Source: the human T2T-CHM13v2.0 reference genome, Homo sapiens. Taken from it: 64,000 nucleotides of DNA. The stretch lies in NCBI RefSeq assembly GCF_009914755.1, contig NC_060926.1; one strand, 5' to 3'. Below are positions 1 to 16,726 of the stretch, piece by piece. The first letter of the stretch is position 1. Each line of letters opens with the position of its first letter. The notes under the pieces are model-generated. The model worked only from the letters and a program-made list of their open reading frames with translations. It was not told where the DNA came from and searched no databases. The position numbers and the translations under genes are program-made.

Positions 1-3000
1 GTTGTTACAACAGGAGAATCCCACAGTCTCCATTTGGATAGCTACCAGGAAATCATGCAGCTGCATTGCCCCAGTTAAGAGCATAAGGTGTGCACTCCCC
101 ATACTTCACCCACCTCCTATGAGCCAAGCTCCTGAAGCATGGTGACATCTTGAGACCAGGGACACCTCTGAAGTGTGCCCTTCTCTGGGGGCACATAGTC
201 ACTGCACCTGTCTAACACTGGGGCTCCATCTTCATTCCTCCAAACCTACACCAGTGGCTGAACACCACAACCTCAGCAATACAAAATCTGGACCCAAGAT
301 TGGCTATGACATTGGTCCTGCAAAGCATGAAAACCAACTCTCACTACCCTCACTTCCAGCCAGAGGAACAGCCTGGCAGTCTTGCCCAGGGTGAACCTAC
401 CCATGAGCTGGCCAAATAGCCACATGCCCATCTTCATAGGGGAGAGGCCCTCAAGCCTCTGAACAGCTGACATTCTCAGGCTGGCAGAGCAGCTATGTGA
501 TTGCACCCTGAGAAATAACACTGAGGTGCCCCACCCTCTACAGAAAAGTCCCTGACCTGCCAATTGGCCCCATGCCCACAGCAAGAGCCTGAGAAACATC
601 TCTGCAGGCTGGCCCTGGCAGAAACACTCCCAGGTCATCCAAGCAGCTTTGCACCCATGCCCCAGGAGTGAGAAGTAGCTCTACATGCTGCCTCTGGCAA
701 GGAGCTCCCAGGCTGCCTACACAGCTATGTGCCAGCATCCCAGGCCTGAGAGGCAATCTTAGGAGCATAAGGTGTGCAGTCCCCATAACCCACCAACCCT
801 CTATGACCCAAGAAACACTCCGAGGCCTAAGAAGCAACTTTGCAGTTCACCCCTGGCAGGCATGCCCCAGACCAACCAAATAGCCTTGCACCTGTGTACT
901 AGGACTGCAAAACAGTCCTGTGGGCCACACCTGGCAAACACACCCCCAAACCAGCTGACTGCATCATGGCCCTGAGAAGCAACTCTGCGATCCACCTCCA
1001 GTGGACACATCAACAGGCCAACTGAGCAGCTATGTGTCTGTGTCTCAAGTCTGAGAAACAGCCTCATGGGTCCCTACCCAGTAGACACAACCTAAGGCCA
1101 GCTGAACAGCTTGTACCCATATCCCAAGCCTGAGAAACAGCCATCCTGTGGATCGCCCCCAGCAAACATGCCTTTAGGCCAGCTGAGGAGCCATGTACCA
1201 GCATATCATGCCTGAGAAACAGCCCCACAGGCAACCCCTGGTGGGCATACCCCCAGGTTCAATGAACAGCCCTATGCTTGTTCTCCCAGCCAAAGTAACC
1301 TATGGCCACAGGAGAAGCAGTAGTAAATGGCAAGTTTATAGCAATAAATGCCTACATCAAAAAATGAGGAAGAGTTCTAATAAACAACCTAACAATGCAC
1401 TAGAAAAGCAAGAGCAAACCAAAACATTGTAAAAGAAATAATAAAGATCAGAGCAGAGATAAATGAAATTGAGACTGAAAAAATACAGAAGTTCAATGAA
1501 ACAAAAAGTTGATTTTTTGAAAAGATAAACGAAATCAACACACCATTAGCTAGACTGGGAAAAAAGAGAGAAGACCCAAATAAATCAGAAATGAAAAAGG
1601 AGACATCACAACAGATACCACAGAAATACAGAAGATTATTAGAGACAACTATGAATGACTTTATGACAATAAATTTGAAAACCTAGAGGAAATGGATAAA
1701 TTCCTGGACACATATCTACCAAGATCAAACCAAGAAGAAATAGAAAACCTTGAATAGACCAATAAGTAAAAAGATTGAATCAGTAATATAAAGTATTCCA
1801 ACAATGTAAAGTTCAGGACCAGATGGCTTCGTTGCTGAATTCTACCCAACCCTTAAAGAAGAATTAATACCAATTCCTCTCAAACTACTCCAAAGAATGG
1901 AAGCAAAGGGAATCCTTTCCAATTCTTTCTATGAGGCCAGCATAACATTGACATCAAAACCAGCCAAGGATACAACAATAAAAACCCACTACAGACCAGT
2001 ATCCCTGATGAACGTGGACACAAAAATCTTCAACAAAATACTAACAAATTGAGCGCAACAGTGCATCAACGATGGCAATAGAAACTCCACCATGACCAAG
2101 TGGAATTTAGCCCAAAAATGCAAGAATGGTTCAGTATACACAAGTCAATAAATGTCATACATCACATCCATAGAATAAAGGATGAAAACCATATGATCAT
2201 CTCAATAGGTATAGAAAAAGCTTTTGATAAAATTTGACATTGTTCATGATAAAACTCTTAATAATTAGGTATAGAAGGTTAATACCTAAATATATAAAGG
2301 CCACATATGACAAACCCACAGCTAACATCTTACTGAATGAGGGTGAAAGCTTTTTCTGTCAGAAGTGGAACAAGACAAGAGTGTCTACTCTTACCACTTC
2401 TATTCAGCATACTACTAGAAGTTCTAAGGAGAGCAATTAGGCAAGAAAAAAAAAAAGGCATCCAAATTGGAAACAAGTCAAATTGTCCCTGTTTGCAGAT
2501 GACATAATCTTATATGTAGAAAAACCAGAAGCATATATTCAGGGGAAGTTGAATCTGTGCTCTCAGGAAATAAAATGTTATTATTAAAAAAAGACATAAG
2601 AAAAATCTAAAGACTGTACCAAATTACTCTTATAACTGATAAACGAGTTCAGTAAAGTTGCAGGATACAAAATTTGTATATTAAAATCAGTAGTAGTTTA
2701 TACATGAACAATAAAACTAGCTGAAAAAGAAATCAAGACAGCAATCCCATTTACAATAGCTCCCCAGAATTAATTTAACCAAGGAGGTGAAAGACTCTAC
2801 ATGGAAAACTGCAAAACACTGATGAAAGAAATTGAAGAGGATACACAAAAATGGAAAGTCATCCCAACCTCATGGATCAGATGAATATCATTAAAATGAC
2901 CATGTAGCCCAAAGCGATCTACAGATTAAATGCAATATCTATCAAAATACCAATTACATTCTTCACAGAAATAGAAAATAAAAAACAGAATTTATATGAA

Positions 3001-4587
3001 CCCACAAAAGACCTCAAATAGCTAAAGCAATCATGAGCAAAAATAACCAAGCTGGACGTATAACACTACCAGACCTCAAAGTGTATGACAAAACTATTCT
3101 TACCAAAACAGCATGGTACTAGCATAAAAGCAGACACATAGACCAATGAAATAGAATAGAGAACCCAGAAATTAATTCACATATCCACAGTGAACTGATT
3201 TGTGACAAAGACACCAAGGACACTCATTGGGGAAAGATAGTCTCTTCAATTAATTGTGCTGGGAAAACTGGATATTCTGGAACTAGACTGCCACCTCTCA
3301 AAATGGATCAAAGACTTAAATGTAAGACCTGAAGCATTGAAACTACTAGTAGAAGACATAGTGGAAACACTTCAAGACCTCAAACGCATAGGCAGCAAAA
3401 GCATAAATAAACAAATGGGATTACATCAAACCAAAAAGCTTCTGCACAGCAAAGAAAACAGCAGAGTGAAAAGACAACCTACAGAATGGAAGAAAATATT
3501 TGCAAACTACTCATTCGATGGAGGATTAATACCCAGAATATAAAAGAAACTGAAACATCCCAATAGCCAAAAAACAATTGAACTCAAATATGGGCAAATG
3601 ACCTGAACAGATATTTCTCAATAGAAGACATACAAATGACCAAAAAATATATTTTTTACATGTCCAACATTACTAATCATGAGGGAAATGCAAATCAAAA
3701 TCACAAAGAGATATCTCTTTCCAGTTAAGATGGCTATTATCAAAAAGACAAAAACAACAACAACAAAAAAACAAATGCTGGAGAGGATGCAGAGAAAAGG
3801 AAACTCTTAGATACTGTTGGTGGGAATGCAAGCCACTATAGCCGCTATGGAGAACACTATGGAGGTCTCACAAAAAATAAATAGAACTACCATATGATCC
3901 AGCAGTCCTCCTACTACTGAGTATTTATCCACAGAGAAATAAATTATTATATTGGAGATATCTACACCCCCGTGTTTATTGCAGCACTGGTCATGTTAGC
4001 CAAGATATAGACTCAACCTATTTGTCCAAAAACAGATGAATGGTTAAAGAAAATGTGGTGTATATACGTCATGGAATACTATTTAGCTAGAAAAAAAAGA
4101 ATGAAATCCTGCCATTCATGGCAATACAGATGGAATTGGATGATATTATGTTATCTGTAATAAGCCAGGAAAAGAAAGTTAAACACTGCATGTTCTCACT
4201 CAAATGTGGAAGCTAAAAGTAAAAGTTGATCTCATAGAAGTAAAATGTAGAACAGAGGATACTAGAGGCTGGGAAGGCAGGGGAGGTGGTGGGGAGAGGA
4301 GCATATGGAGAGATTTGTTAAAGGATACAAAATTACAGCTAGATAGGATTACTCAATTCTTGTGTTATATACCACTGTAGAATGGCTATAAGTAACAATA
4401 ATATAGCTACTTAAAGCTATATATTATTAGGAGGATATTGAATGTTCCCAGCACAAAGAAATAATAAATGTTTGAGATGATGGATATGTGAAATACCCTG
4501 ATCTGATTAGTATACATTATATGTATCAAAACATCACCATGTTCCCCTTGAAAATAAACAATTATTATTTGTCAATTAAAAAATAAA
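1..4587 (+). mobile_element. LINE-1 relic (L1MA3-like 3' end) with GC-rich 5' region and internally deleted ORF1/endonuclease
   Basis: Degenerate ORF2-derived sequence from ~1295 (ORF-track pieces such as KATYDKPTANI and RVKRQPTEWKKIFANY). L1MA-type 3'UTR (aaaggatacaaaattacagctagatagg; gaggatattgaatgttccca) ending in an A-rich tail at ~4577-4587. Confidence 0.85.
505..1295 (+). repeat. Degenerate ~80-bp tandem array (probable L1 5'UTR monomers)
   Basis: The motif cctgagaaacagcc and variants recurs at about 507, 588, 668, 746, 826, 905, 972, 1051, 1130 and 1212. Confidence 0.7.
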
Positions 4588-5223
4588 GTTACAAGAGACA
4601 AAGGACATTATATATTAAGAAAATTTTCAATACATCAAGAAGATATAACAGTTAAAAGTATTTGCACACCTAATAACTGACCATCAAAATATCTGAAGCA
4701 AAAATGGCCAGAATCGGAAGTAGACATACACATACTTGTACAATAATAGTTGGAAACTTCTATACCCCACTCACAATAATGGATAGAAGAATCAGGTAAA
4801 ATTAGGAAAGTAGAGGACTTGGACAACACAGTATGTGAACTAGATCTAACAAACATACAAAAAACTGCGCAACAACAGAATGCACATTTTCCCAAATGCA
4901 CATGGGACATTTCCTGGATATATGTTAAGCCACAAATTAAGTTACAATAAAATTTAAAAGAAGAAACCATGCAAAGTATCTTTTCTGATAACAACATATG
5001 AAGTTAGAAATCAATAACAGATGGAAAACTGAAAAAAAATCACAAATATGTGGATTTTAAACTACACACTTGTAAATAAACAATGGATCAAAGAAGAAAT
5101 CACAAAAGACTTAGAGAAAAATGAAAATAAAAACACAGCATACCAAAACTTCTGGGACACAATGAAAGCAGTGTTTAGGGGGAAATTTTTAGCAATTAAC
5201 ACTCACATTCAAATACAAGAAAG

Positions 5224-5701
5224 GGAACACCCCTGTGGTTAGAGGTTGCTGGGGTAGTGTAGAGGGCTGAGAACAACCTCTGAACCTGAAAGTGTCATGC
5301 CTGTTAGATAGTACTCTGTTTTCTTACCTGTCTCCAGCCCTCATGCTTTATCTGTGCTAACCCGATGGCCTAGCTTTTCCTAGGGAGGCGTTGTCCTCTG
5401 CCCTAAGGTGACCAAAAACTTTATTCTGCTTGTAAGGCTGTGTGGTGGGAATCAAAAAGTAAGTACTCACCCTCCAAGTCCTTTCTGGTGGCCTCTAGAA
5501 AAGACTGGCCTTAATTTTATCAACACTACCTCCAAGTTTGACAATGGCTGCTTGTAGACTATAACAAAGAGGACAGCATTCATGGAACCACTTAGGAAAG
5601 AGCAAATTGTAATGGAAGATGCAGCTTAATGTCAAGAACATGTTGTATAGCTGATGGGATCTTATTAATATTATTTTCCAGTGGGAAAAAAATAAAAATA
5701 A
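5224..5701 (+). pseudogene. RPL3P: 5'-truncated, semi-processed RPL3 (uL3) retrocopy
   Basis: 5384-5629 aligns to the RPL3 C-terminus (GGFVHYGEVTNDF..KGCVVG..VLTL..; FIDTTSKF..; AFMGPLKKDRIAKEEGA*), with TAA at 5627-5629. An RPL3-like 3'UTR (..ttattttccagtg) and A-rich tail follow. TSD core acaagaaag at 5215-5223 and 5702-5710. Confidence 0.85.
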
Positions 5702-7046
5702 ACAAGAAAGATCCCAAATTCAGCTACCTAATGTTACAACTTAAGGAACTGGAAGAACAAACTAAACCCAAAGCTAGAAAAAGGAAGGAAATAATAAAGA
5801 TTAGAGCAGAGATAAACAAAATGGAGACTAGAAAAACAATTGAGAAAATTAATGAACCCAGATGTTGATTCTTTGAAGAGATCAACAAAATTGACAAACT
5901 TCAGCTAGATAGACTAAGAACAAAAAAAAAAAAAAAAGAGAAAAGGCTCACTTTAGTAAAATTAGAAATTAAATAAAGTGGGGACATTACTACCTATTCC
6001 ACAGAAACAAAAAGGATTATAAGAAAGTACTAAGTAATTCTACACCAACAAATTGGGTAACCTAGGTGAAATAGACAAATTCCTAGAAACAGAAGACCTA
6101 CCAAAATGAAACCATGTGGAAATAGAAAATATGCATAGAGCTCTAATTCGTAAGAAGAATGAATCAGTAATCAAAAATCTCCCAAAAAAGAAAAGCTCTG
6201 AACCTAATGGCTTCACCAGTGAACTCTATCAAACACTTAAAGAAGAACCAACACTAATTCTTCTCAAACGTTTCCAAAACATTGGAGAGGGAATACTCCT
6301 TACCTCATTATTTGAGGCCAGCATTATCCTGATACCAAAGCCAGACAAACACTACAAGAAAACAAAACTGCAGACTAATATCCCTATGAACTTTGCAAAA
6401 AATCCTCAATGTCATACTAGCAAACTAAATTCAGCAACATATTAAAAGAATTACATACCACAACCAAGTGGGATTTATGCCTGGAGTGCAAGGATGATTA
6501 GACATATGTAATCAGTGTAATACACTACATTAGCAGAATGAAGGAGATAGTACATGTAATCATCTCAGTCAATCCAGAAAAAGCATTTGATAGAATTCTA
6601 TACCCTTTCATGATTAAAAAAAAATTAAACATACTAGGAATTAAAAGAAATTACCTAAACATGATAAAAGTCATATATGAAAAACCCACAGAAAATATCA
6701 TATTCAATAGTGAAAGACTTCTATGATCAAGAACAAGGCAAGGATGCCCTCTCTTGCCAGTTGTCTTCAACATAGTATTGAAAGTCCTAGCCATCACACT
6801 TAGGCAAGTAAAAGATGTAAAAGGTATTCAAATCAGAAAGGAAGGCATAAGATTATCTCTGTTTGCTGATGAGAAGATCCTGTATATAAAAAACACTATA
6901 AAGATTCTACAAAAAAAAAAACTGTTGTAACTAATAAATTCAGCAACGTAGCATGATACAAAAACCAATCCGTTGTATTTCTATATACCAACAATGAGCA
7001 ATCCACGAAGGAAATTAAGAAAGTACTTTCATTAACAATAGCATCA

Positions 7047-7354
7047 GCCAGACACAGAAGCTAACACCTGTAATCCTAGCACTTTGGGAGGCCAAGGCAG
7101 GAGGATTGCTTGAGCTCAGGAGTTCAAGACCAGCCTGGAAAACATGGCGAAACCCCCATCTCTACAAAACATTTTAACAATTAGCCAAGCATGGTGGCAT
7201 GCACTCATAGTCCCACTACTTGAGAGGCTGAGGTGGGAGGATTGCTTGCGCCCAGAATGTCAAGGCTGCAGTGAGTTGTGACCATGCTGCTGCACTTCAG
7301 CCTGGGCAGCAGAGCAAGACCCTGTCTCAAGACAAAACAAAACAAAAAAACAAA
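7047..7354 (+). mobile_element. AluJ-like SINE inside L1
   Basis: Dimeric Alu; TSD aacaatagcatca / aacagtagcatca. Confidence 0.92.
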
Positions 7355-8620
7355 AACAGTAGCATCAAAAAGAATTAAATATTTAGGAATTAACTTGATC
7401 AGGAAGGTAAAAGACTTGCACACTGAAAACTATAAAACATTTCTGAAAGAAACTGAAAAAGGCAGAAATAAATGGAAAGATATCCCGTGTTCTTGGCTTA
7501 GAAAACTTAATATTGTTAACATATCAATACCACCCAAAGATATCTAAAGATTTAATGCAATTCTTATAAAGATCCCAATAATGTTTTTTGTAAAAATACA
7601 AAAATCCATGTTAATATTCATTTGGAATTTTAAAGAACCCAGAATAACCAAAAACAAGCCTCGAAAAGAACAAGAGTGGAAGACTCACACTTTCTGATTT
7701 TAAAACTTACTGCACAGCTACAGTAATCAAGACAGTATGGTACTGGCATGAAGACATATAGACCAACAATGGAATAGAGAGTCCAGAAACAAACCTCTGC
7801 ATATAATAAGGTCAGTGATTTTCAACAAGAGAGTCAGGACTATGGAGAAAAATGGAGAAAAGACCATTTTTTCAACAAATAATATTGGAAAATTAGATGT
7901 CACATGCAAAAGAATGAAGTTGGACCCTTACCTAACACCATATACAAAAAGCAACCCAAAATGGATTGAAGACTTCAATGTAAGGGCTAAGACCATAAAT
8001 CTCTTAGAATAAAACATAGGGCAAAAACAAAACATTGGATTTGGGAGTGATTTCTTGGGTAGACACCAAAGGCACAGACAGCAAAAGAAAGAAGACAAAT
8101 TAGACTTCATGAAAATTTAAAACTTTTGTGCCTCAAAGAACACAATCAACAGAGGGAAAATATTTCTTGCCTACAAAATGGGAGGATATTTTAAAATAAC
8201 ATATCTGTTAAGAAGGGATTTATATCCAGCATATATAGGAAACTCTTAAAACTTAACCAAAAACCAAACAACCCAGTTCAAAAATAGGCAAAGGCCTTGA
8301 ATAGATATTTATCCAAAGAACACATACAGATAGCCAACTAGTATATGAAAAGATGCTCGACATCACTAATTATTGGGAAATACAAATCAAAACCATAATG
8401 AGATACCATCTCACACCCATTAGGATGGCTACTATCTTCAATCCCCAAAGAAAAATCAGAAAATAACAAGTATTGGTGAGGATGTAGAAGAATTAGTACC
8501 CTTGTGCACTGATGGTGTGAATTTAAAATGATACAGTGCTGTGGAAAACAGTATCATGATTCCTCAAAAAAATTAAAAATAGAGTTACCATATGATTCAG
8601 CGATTTCACTTCTGAGTATA

Positions 8621-9306
<686 letters not shown>

Positions 9307-9752
9307 TACCCAAAATAATTGAAAACAGAGTCTAGAAGGGATATTTGCACACCCATGTTCATAGCAGCAGTATACACAAAATCCAAGAGGTGGAAGCATT
9401 CCAAATGTCCATTGATGAATGAATGGAGAAACAAAATGTGGTATATATCTGCAGTGGAATATTATTCAGCCTGAAAAGGAAGGAAATCTTGTCACATGCT
9501 ATGACATGGATTAATCTTGAGGACATAATGCTAAATGAAATGAATTTATCACAAAAAGACAAATACTGTATGATTTCACTTATATGAAATCAAGATCACA
9601 GAAACAGAAAATAGGATGGCAGTTACTAGGGGCAGAGACTTGTTTAATGGATATAGAGTTTCAGTTTTACAAAATCAGAAAGTTCTGGAGATCTGTTTCA
9701 AAACAATGTGAATATACTAATACTATTAACTGCATACTTAAAAATGGTTAAG

Positions 9753-10051
9753 GGCTGGGCATGGTGGCTCACACCTGTAATCTCAGCACTTTGGGAGGCC
9801 GAGGAGGGCGGATCACTTGAGATCAGGAGTTTGAGACCAGCCTGGGCAACGTGGCGGAATCCCGTCTCTACTAAAAATACAAAAATTAGCTGGGCATGAT
9901 GGCATGAGCCTGTAATCCCAGCTACTTCGGAGGCTGAGGAAGGAAAATTGCTTGAACCCAGGAAAGGGAGGTTGCAGTGAGCCAGTCATGCCACTGCACT
10001 CCAACCTGGGTGACAGAGTGAGACTCCATCTCAAAAAAAAAAAAAAAAAAA
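9753..10051 (+). mobile_element. AluS
   Basis: ggctgggcatggtggctcac...poly(A); TSD core ggttaag. Confidence 0.93.
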
Positions 10052-10107
10052 GGTTAAGATGGTAAATATTATGTGTATTTTACTACAATAAAAAGAAATT
10101 ATTAAAA

Positions 10108-10730
10108 AGTTATTGAGGAGCCCAAATAACTTCTGTTTATGTGAGTTATACCTATTGCTATTTACAATATTAGAAATTAACACTGAGAAGTTTTTAAATT
10201 TTATTAATTTATTTAAAATTATATTAAACTATATCACATATTAACATAAATAATATAGTATTTTCATGAAAAATGACTATATTTTTCAAAACAAAAACAG
10301 TTTATTGAGAAGACTGACATTGTTTTTCATTTTTTCCAGGGTCTAATATCTGGCTTAATTGAAAACAGCTTTCTGCATTCAATATGTTGTAATGTGTTTT
10401 GGTTGTACTCTATGAAGAAAATTTGACCTTATCAAATATATAATGTTAAAGAGAATTTAAATACTTCTCAAATGATTAGAGATTATAATTTTTGATACTA
10501 CACCAAAACTCACAAATGATAGTTTCTTAAGTTAGTTTCAGTGTGGAATCAAACCATACATTGGCCTATGTGGTATTTTCAACTGCATCTTTTATTGATG
10601 TGTGATTTTGTAACATCATGCATTATTTCTTTGGAAAACATTGATTCCCGTACTCATGTAGATCTTCCAAATGTTGTCACATTTGATTACACAATATTGA
10701 AAAATAACATTTGTTAATATAACCACCGAT
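10108..10730. mobile_element. hAT-Charlie (Charlie1-like) DNA transposon fragment
   Basis: ttattgaggagcccaaataacttctgtttatgtgagttatacctattg... resembles the Charlie1 subterminal sequence. Confidence 0.6.
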
Positions 10731-10879
10731 TATAGGGAAGAGGAAAGAGATTGGGATAAGAAAGAAGCATAAAAGTGGGCTAGTTTCTGAAATGTTGGCA
10801 AAGTTCCAATTCTTGTGGTATCATGATTTTATAGTAATCAGTTTGTTCTTTGCTTTATTGTTTTAAGTATGACCCCCCT

Positions 10880-13580
<2,701 letters not shown>

Positions 13581-14329
13581 GAGGGGAGGGGATGAGGCTC
13601 ATATTGCTATTTGGGAGTCCACCAAAAGTGCAACTCTACCTCTCAACTCACTCTTCTAGACTACCATTATAAAAACAGCAGAGAGTTTCACTTACTCTCT
13701 AGTTTTCCTGTCTCTCCATGTCTTGGCTTGGAGAAAGTTGGTTGATGTTTTGTAGAAGATTAAAAAAAAAATTTAATTATGGCACAATCTTTCTAGCAGT
13801 AGAATAACAAGGCCTAACTTCAGTTTTACCATGAGAATAAAGTGAAGTGATTTAAATGAAAACACTTTGAAAAAAAAATAATAAGACCAATATAAATGTA
13901 AGTGTTCTCATTCTCACTGTTGATAGTTTTTGGGTTCACCAAATGCTTAGATATATTCAAAGTTCCCTCAACCATGATTTGCAATAACTGGGGAAAGTCT
14001 CCAAGAATTAGTAGTTGAGAGACCAAAATGTGCTACAACTTTAGCAATGTTAGTATATGTCTCGTTACACTGGACTTAATTAGCTCTTGTTCTAGTTCTA
14101 GCCAGTAATTTGAAATCCAACAGAATGGACAGGTTTATTAACAGAAAGACTCTTGAAGTTGAAATTGTTTGGGTTAATTGCCTTTTTTGAATCAACTAAT
14201 TAAACATATAGAGGGCAGCGATCTAACCTCTGAAGACAATAAGAAGTTGACTGAGATGTTTGTTAGGATTGAAAAATTTACAACTTCTGCTGAAGTGCTA
14301 CAGCAGTATTTTCTTGAAATGTGAAATGC

Positions 14330-15480
14330 ATGTTGTTTAAAAGCACAGGCTTTGGAGTGGGAATTCCTTGGTATAGGAACTCCTCTGCTTCCTGAGTAAC
14401 CTCACTTTCTCCAACTGTAAATTGGAAGTAAGAGTACCTATCTCAAACGAGTTGTGAGGATTAAATTAGCTAATCTGTGTAAAGGTCTTAACTTTGTGGG
14501 GCATAATAGGTGCTCAGTATATAGTTTATGAATTAATGAAAAATTAATAAGCCTTTTTGTAGAGAGAAGAACTGAATATATTATAGTAAAATGAAAATCT
14601 ATTAAGTGCCATAGGAAGGACACAAAGAGTCAAAGGAACACTGAAAAGGGCTTCCTACTGAATGGCAATTGCGAGGAGATTTCGTGTAAGAGATGACATT
14701 TGAACTAAATCTTGAAGATTTGAAGATAGAGTGGAATTGCAGCAGTTGTGCTTGGGACGGAAGATATTTCATGTAGAGGTGATGATGTGTATGATCCAAG
14801 ACTGGGTGGAGGTGGGAGACCTGGGGTTTAGGCAGGAAAGCATAGGGATTTTAAAGGATGGTGAGTAATACTAGAGAGTAAATACATTGAAAAAGATTTG
14901 GGATTCAATACTTCGAAGTATTTTGACATCATTTTGTGTGTTCTTGAGAACCATTAGAGACTTTAAGCCGTGCTTTAAGGAGAACGATGCTATGACATGG
15001 GTTGGTTACCGAGGGGGGATTTGGAAGAAGAAAGACCTATTAGGAAGATTTTGCAGTGGTGAAAGGAGATAGATTACAAAAACCTTACAAAATATGAGCA
15101 AAACTGCCTGCAAAATTAACTAGTAAGAGATGATACATGAAGGAAGAATTCAAAGGTGATTCTGACATTAAAAATCTAAACAGTTGGGACAATAGCTGTA
15201 TCATTTGCAAACACAATGAAAATGAGCAGGTTGTAAAGAAAGATCACCATTATGGTTTTGAACACATTGAGTTTGAATTTTGTATGATAGAAAGGACAGC
15301 CAACTGGAAATGTCAACTTGAGATAGTTTGAACTATAAATATTTGGGAATCATCTGCATGGAAGTAATAGTTGGAATCCTGGGAATGAATCAGCTCAAAG
15401 TGTGGTGGAAAACTATTTAGAGCAATGCCTAGAGGAATATGTGGCTGTATCCGTGGAAGAAGGGCAGACAGCAAAAGAGA
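14330..15480. mobile_element. MIR followed by L2 fragments
   Basis: MIR core ctgtaaattgg..tacctatctca..gttgtgaggattaaatt; L2-like gacatttgaactaaatcttgaag and ttgagtttga..atttgggaatcatc. Confidence 0.55.
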
Positions 15481-16350
15481 AGGAAACTATAGTTAGAGGG
15501 ATAGAGCAGAAAAAATAGAACTGACATTTCTTATTAAAATTTAAGAAAATTTGCAAGTTATTTGACTAGGTTTTCTGAAAGAAAGCTATTACCATTGTTA
15601 GGAAGAATAACTAGGTAGCTTTATTACCGTTCACATGTAATCTGCTATGTTAAACAGAAATAATGCATTAAAATTCATTATATTTGCAAGTGTAGTTTTA
15701 CCTTTTATGGACAGATTTTTGTGTCTTTCTTCCTTTGGAAAGCAATAAATTACAAAGTCAGTTAGAGCTTCTTTTTTCACCCACCTTATAGAAATAGATA
15801 CATTGCCAAGCATTACAAGTACCATATTTTCCACATAGAATATCTAGGTGTCAAGATTATCTCTAGTGAAAGCTTTGTTTGTGGGGGAAAAAAAAAAGAA
15901 GAAGAAGAAGAAAAGGAAAAAACTTTTTATGATCTTGAAGAAATTCATGGCCTTTGAAATTTCTAGAAGAGCCTCAAAAAATAGGAATTCCTGCTGATAA
16001 TGCATTGGTGGTGGTAATAATAATTGCAATTAATATTTACTGAATGGTACTGTTTGCCATACATTGTTCTAAGTGTTTTACATGCATTTTTTTCATATAA
16101 CAGTATTTACTGAGTGCCTATGCTGTACCAGGCACTGTTCTGGGCATTTGATTTAGGTTAATAAATGAAACAAACTAAAATTCTTGCTCTTGTGGACATT
16201 TTATTTAGTGAGAGCAGACAGATAATAACCAGTAAGCATAACAAATAAAGTATATGGACTCTAAGAAGATGATAAGTCCGTGGAAAAAGTAGAGCAGGGT
16301 AAGTGGATTCAGGAGTGCTGAATTAGGGTTGGGTGATGGAAATGGATTGC

Positions 16351-16653
16351 TTTTTTTTCTTCCTTTTCTTCTTGAGATGGAGTCTCGCTCTGTCGCCCAG
16401 GCTGGAGTGCAGTGGTGCAATCTCAGCTCACTGCAACCTCTGCCTGCTGGTTCAAGCAATTCTCCTGCCTCAGCCTCCCTAGTAGCTGGGACTACAGGCA
16501 CGCATCACCATGCCCAGCTATTTTTTTGTATTTTTAGTACAGGTGGGGTTTCACCATGCTGGCCAGGCCAGTCTCGAACTCCTGACCTCATGATCTGCCC
16601 GCCTCAGCCTCCCAAAGTGTTGAGATTACAGGTGTGAACCGCCACGCTCGGCC
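16351..16653 (-). mobile_element. AluS (antisense) within L2
   Basis: T-rich tail, then gagatggagtctcgctctgtcgcccaggctgg... Confidence 0.93.
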
Positions 16654-16726
16654 AAATTGCATTATTAAGTAGGATGGTGAGAATAGGCCTAATGGAGAAG
16701 ATTGCATTGGAGTTAACCATGCAGAT

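Noticed and set aside
173-1432. Cluster of overlapping 67-121 aa ORFs on both strands
   Set aside because: They arise from the GC-rich L1 5' tandem array and resemble no protein I recognise.
4397-4428. Quasi-palindrome aataatatagct...agctatatattatt
   Set aside because: Short AT-rich template-switch scar in an L1 3'UTR; no functional indication.
2234-8110. ORFs with reverse-transcriptase-like peptides
   Set aside because: Fragmented, frameshifted L1 ORF2 relics, not an intact or domesticated gene.
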